Origin: Rubripirellula sp.
Lineage (GTDB): Bacteria; Planctomycetota; Planctomycetia; Pirellulales; Pirellulaceae
Reading direction: 5' to 3'
NCBI GenBank assembly: GCA_965216875.1
Contig: OZ244207.1
Location: 800,001-864,000 of the forward strand
DNA length: 64,000 nt
Shown: positions 63,867-64,000 of the stretch, piece by piece
Numbering within the stretch: position 1 is the stretch's first letter
Layout of the letters: each line of letters starts with the position of its first letter
Translations under genes and position numbers: made by a program
Notes under the pieces: generated by a model
Told to the model about the DNA's origin: nothing
The model's database searches: none
Seen by the model: only the letters and a program-made list of their open reading frames with translations

Positions 63867-64000
63867 CTAGGGCACTACGTTCGAAGTGCCCAGGAGATCA
63901 TTGACGGCCCGATTGGCTACACGAATGATGTACTTGTTTGGCTGATTTGACAACGCCTGCTTGAGTGCGGGTAGGGCAGGGCGTGCGTCCCCATCCATTT
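63867..64000 (-). CDS. 3' end of a gene with a HEAT-like helical C-terminus (partial)
   Basis: Open frame ...MDGDARPALPALKQALSNQPNKYIIRVANRAVNDLLGTSNVVP* running off the window edge. Confidence 0.6.
   Translation of the reverse strand, partial: MDGDARPALPALKQALSNQPNKYIIRVANRAVNDLLGTSNVVP

Overview
Gene-dense chromosomal segment of a planctomycete, most likely Pirellulaceae. This is inferred from DUF1559 prepilin-like proteins, a PVC-type CxxCH protein, a DUF1592/DUF1552 pair, a planctomycete extracellular-motif giant protein, sulfatases and TPR Ser/Thr kinases. About 46 CDS are supported. I saw no rRNA, tRNA, CRISPR array, transposase or phage gene. Main points of interest: (1) A ~9 kb light/UV-stress island (16.4-25.8 kb). 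It holds a class II photolyase fused to a renalase-like flavoenzyme, coupled to DUF2256 and followed by a DUF429-like predicted nuclease, plus a second photolyase/cryptochrome whose pocket residues are non-canonical. (2) A translationally coupled ECF sigma / membrane anti-sigma / secreted secretin-fragment-like triad. (3) An IaaM/DavB-like amino-acid 2-monooxygenase whose RBS lies in a long hairpin. (4) An oxyR-katG divergon with a clear ATGC-N7-GCAT operator array and a signal-peptide KatG. (5) Five or six unrelated families of short palindromic REP/REPIN-like elements in the intergenic gaps. All family assignments are by-eye motif recognition; no database searches were run.
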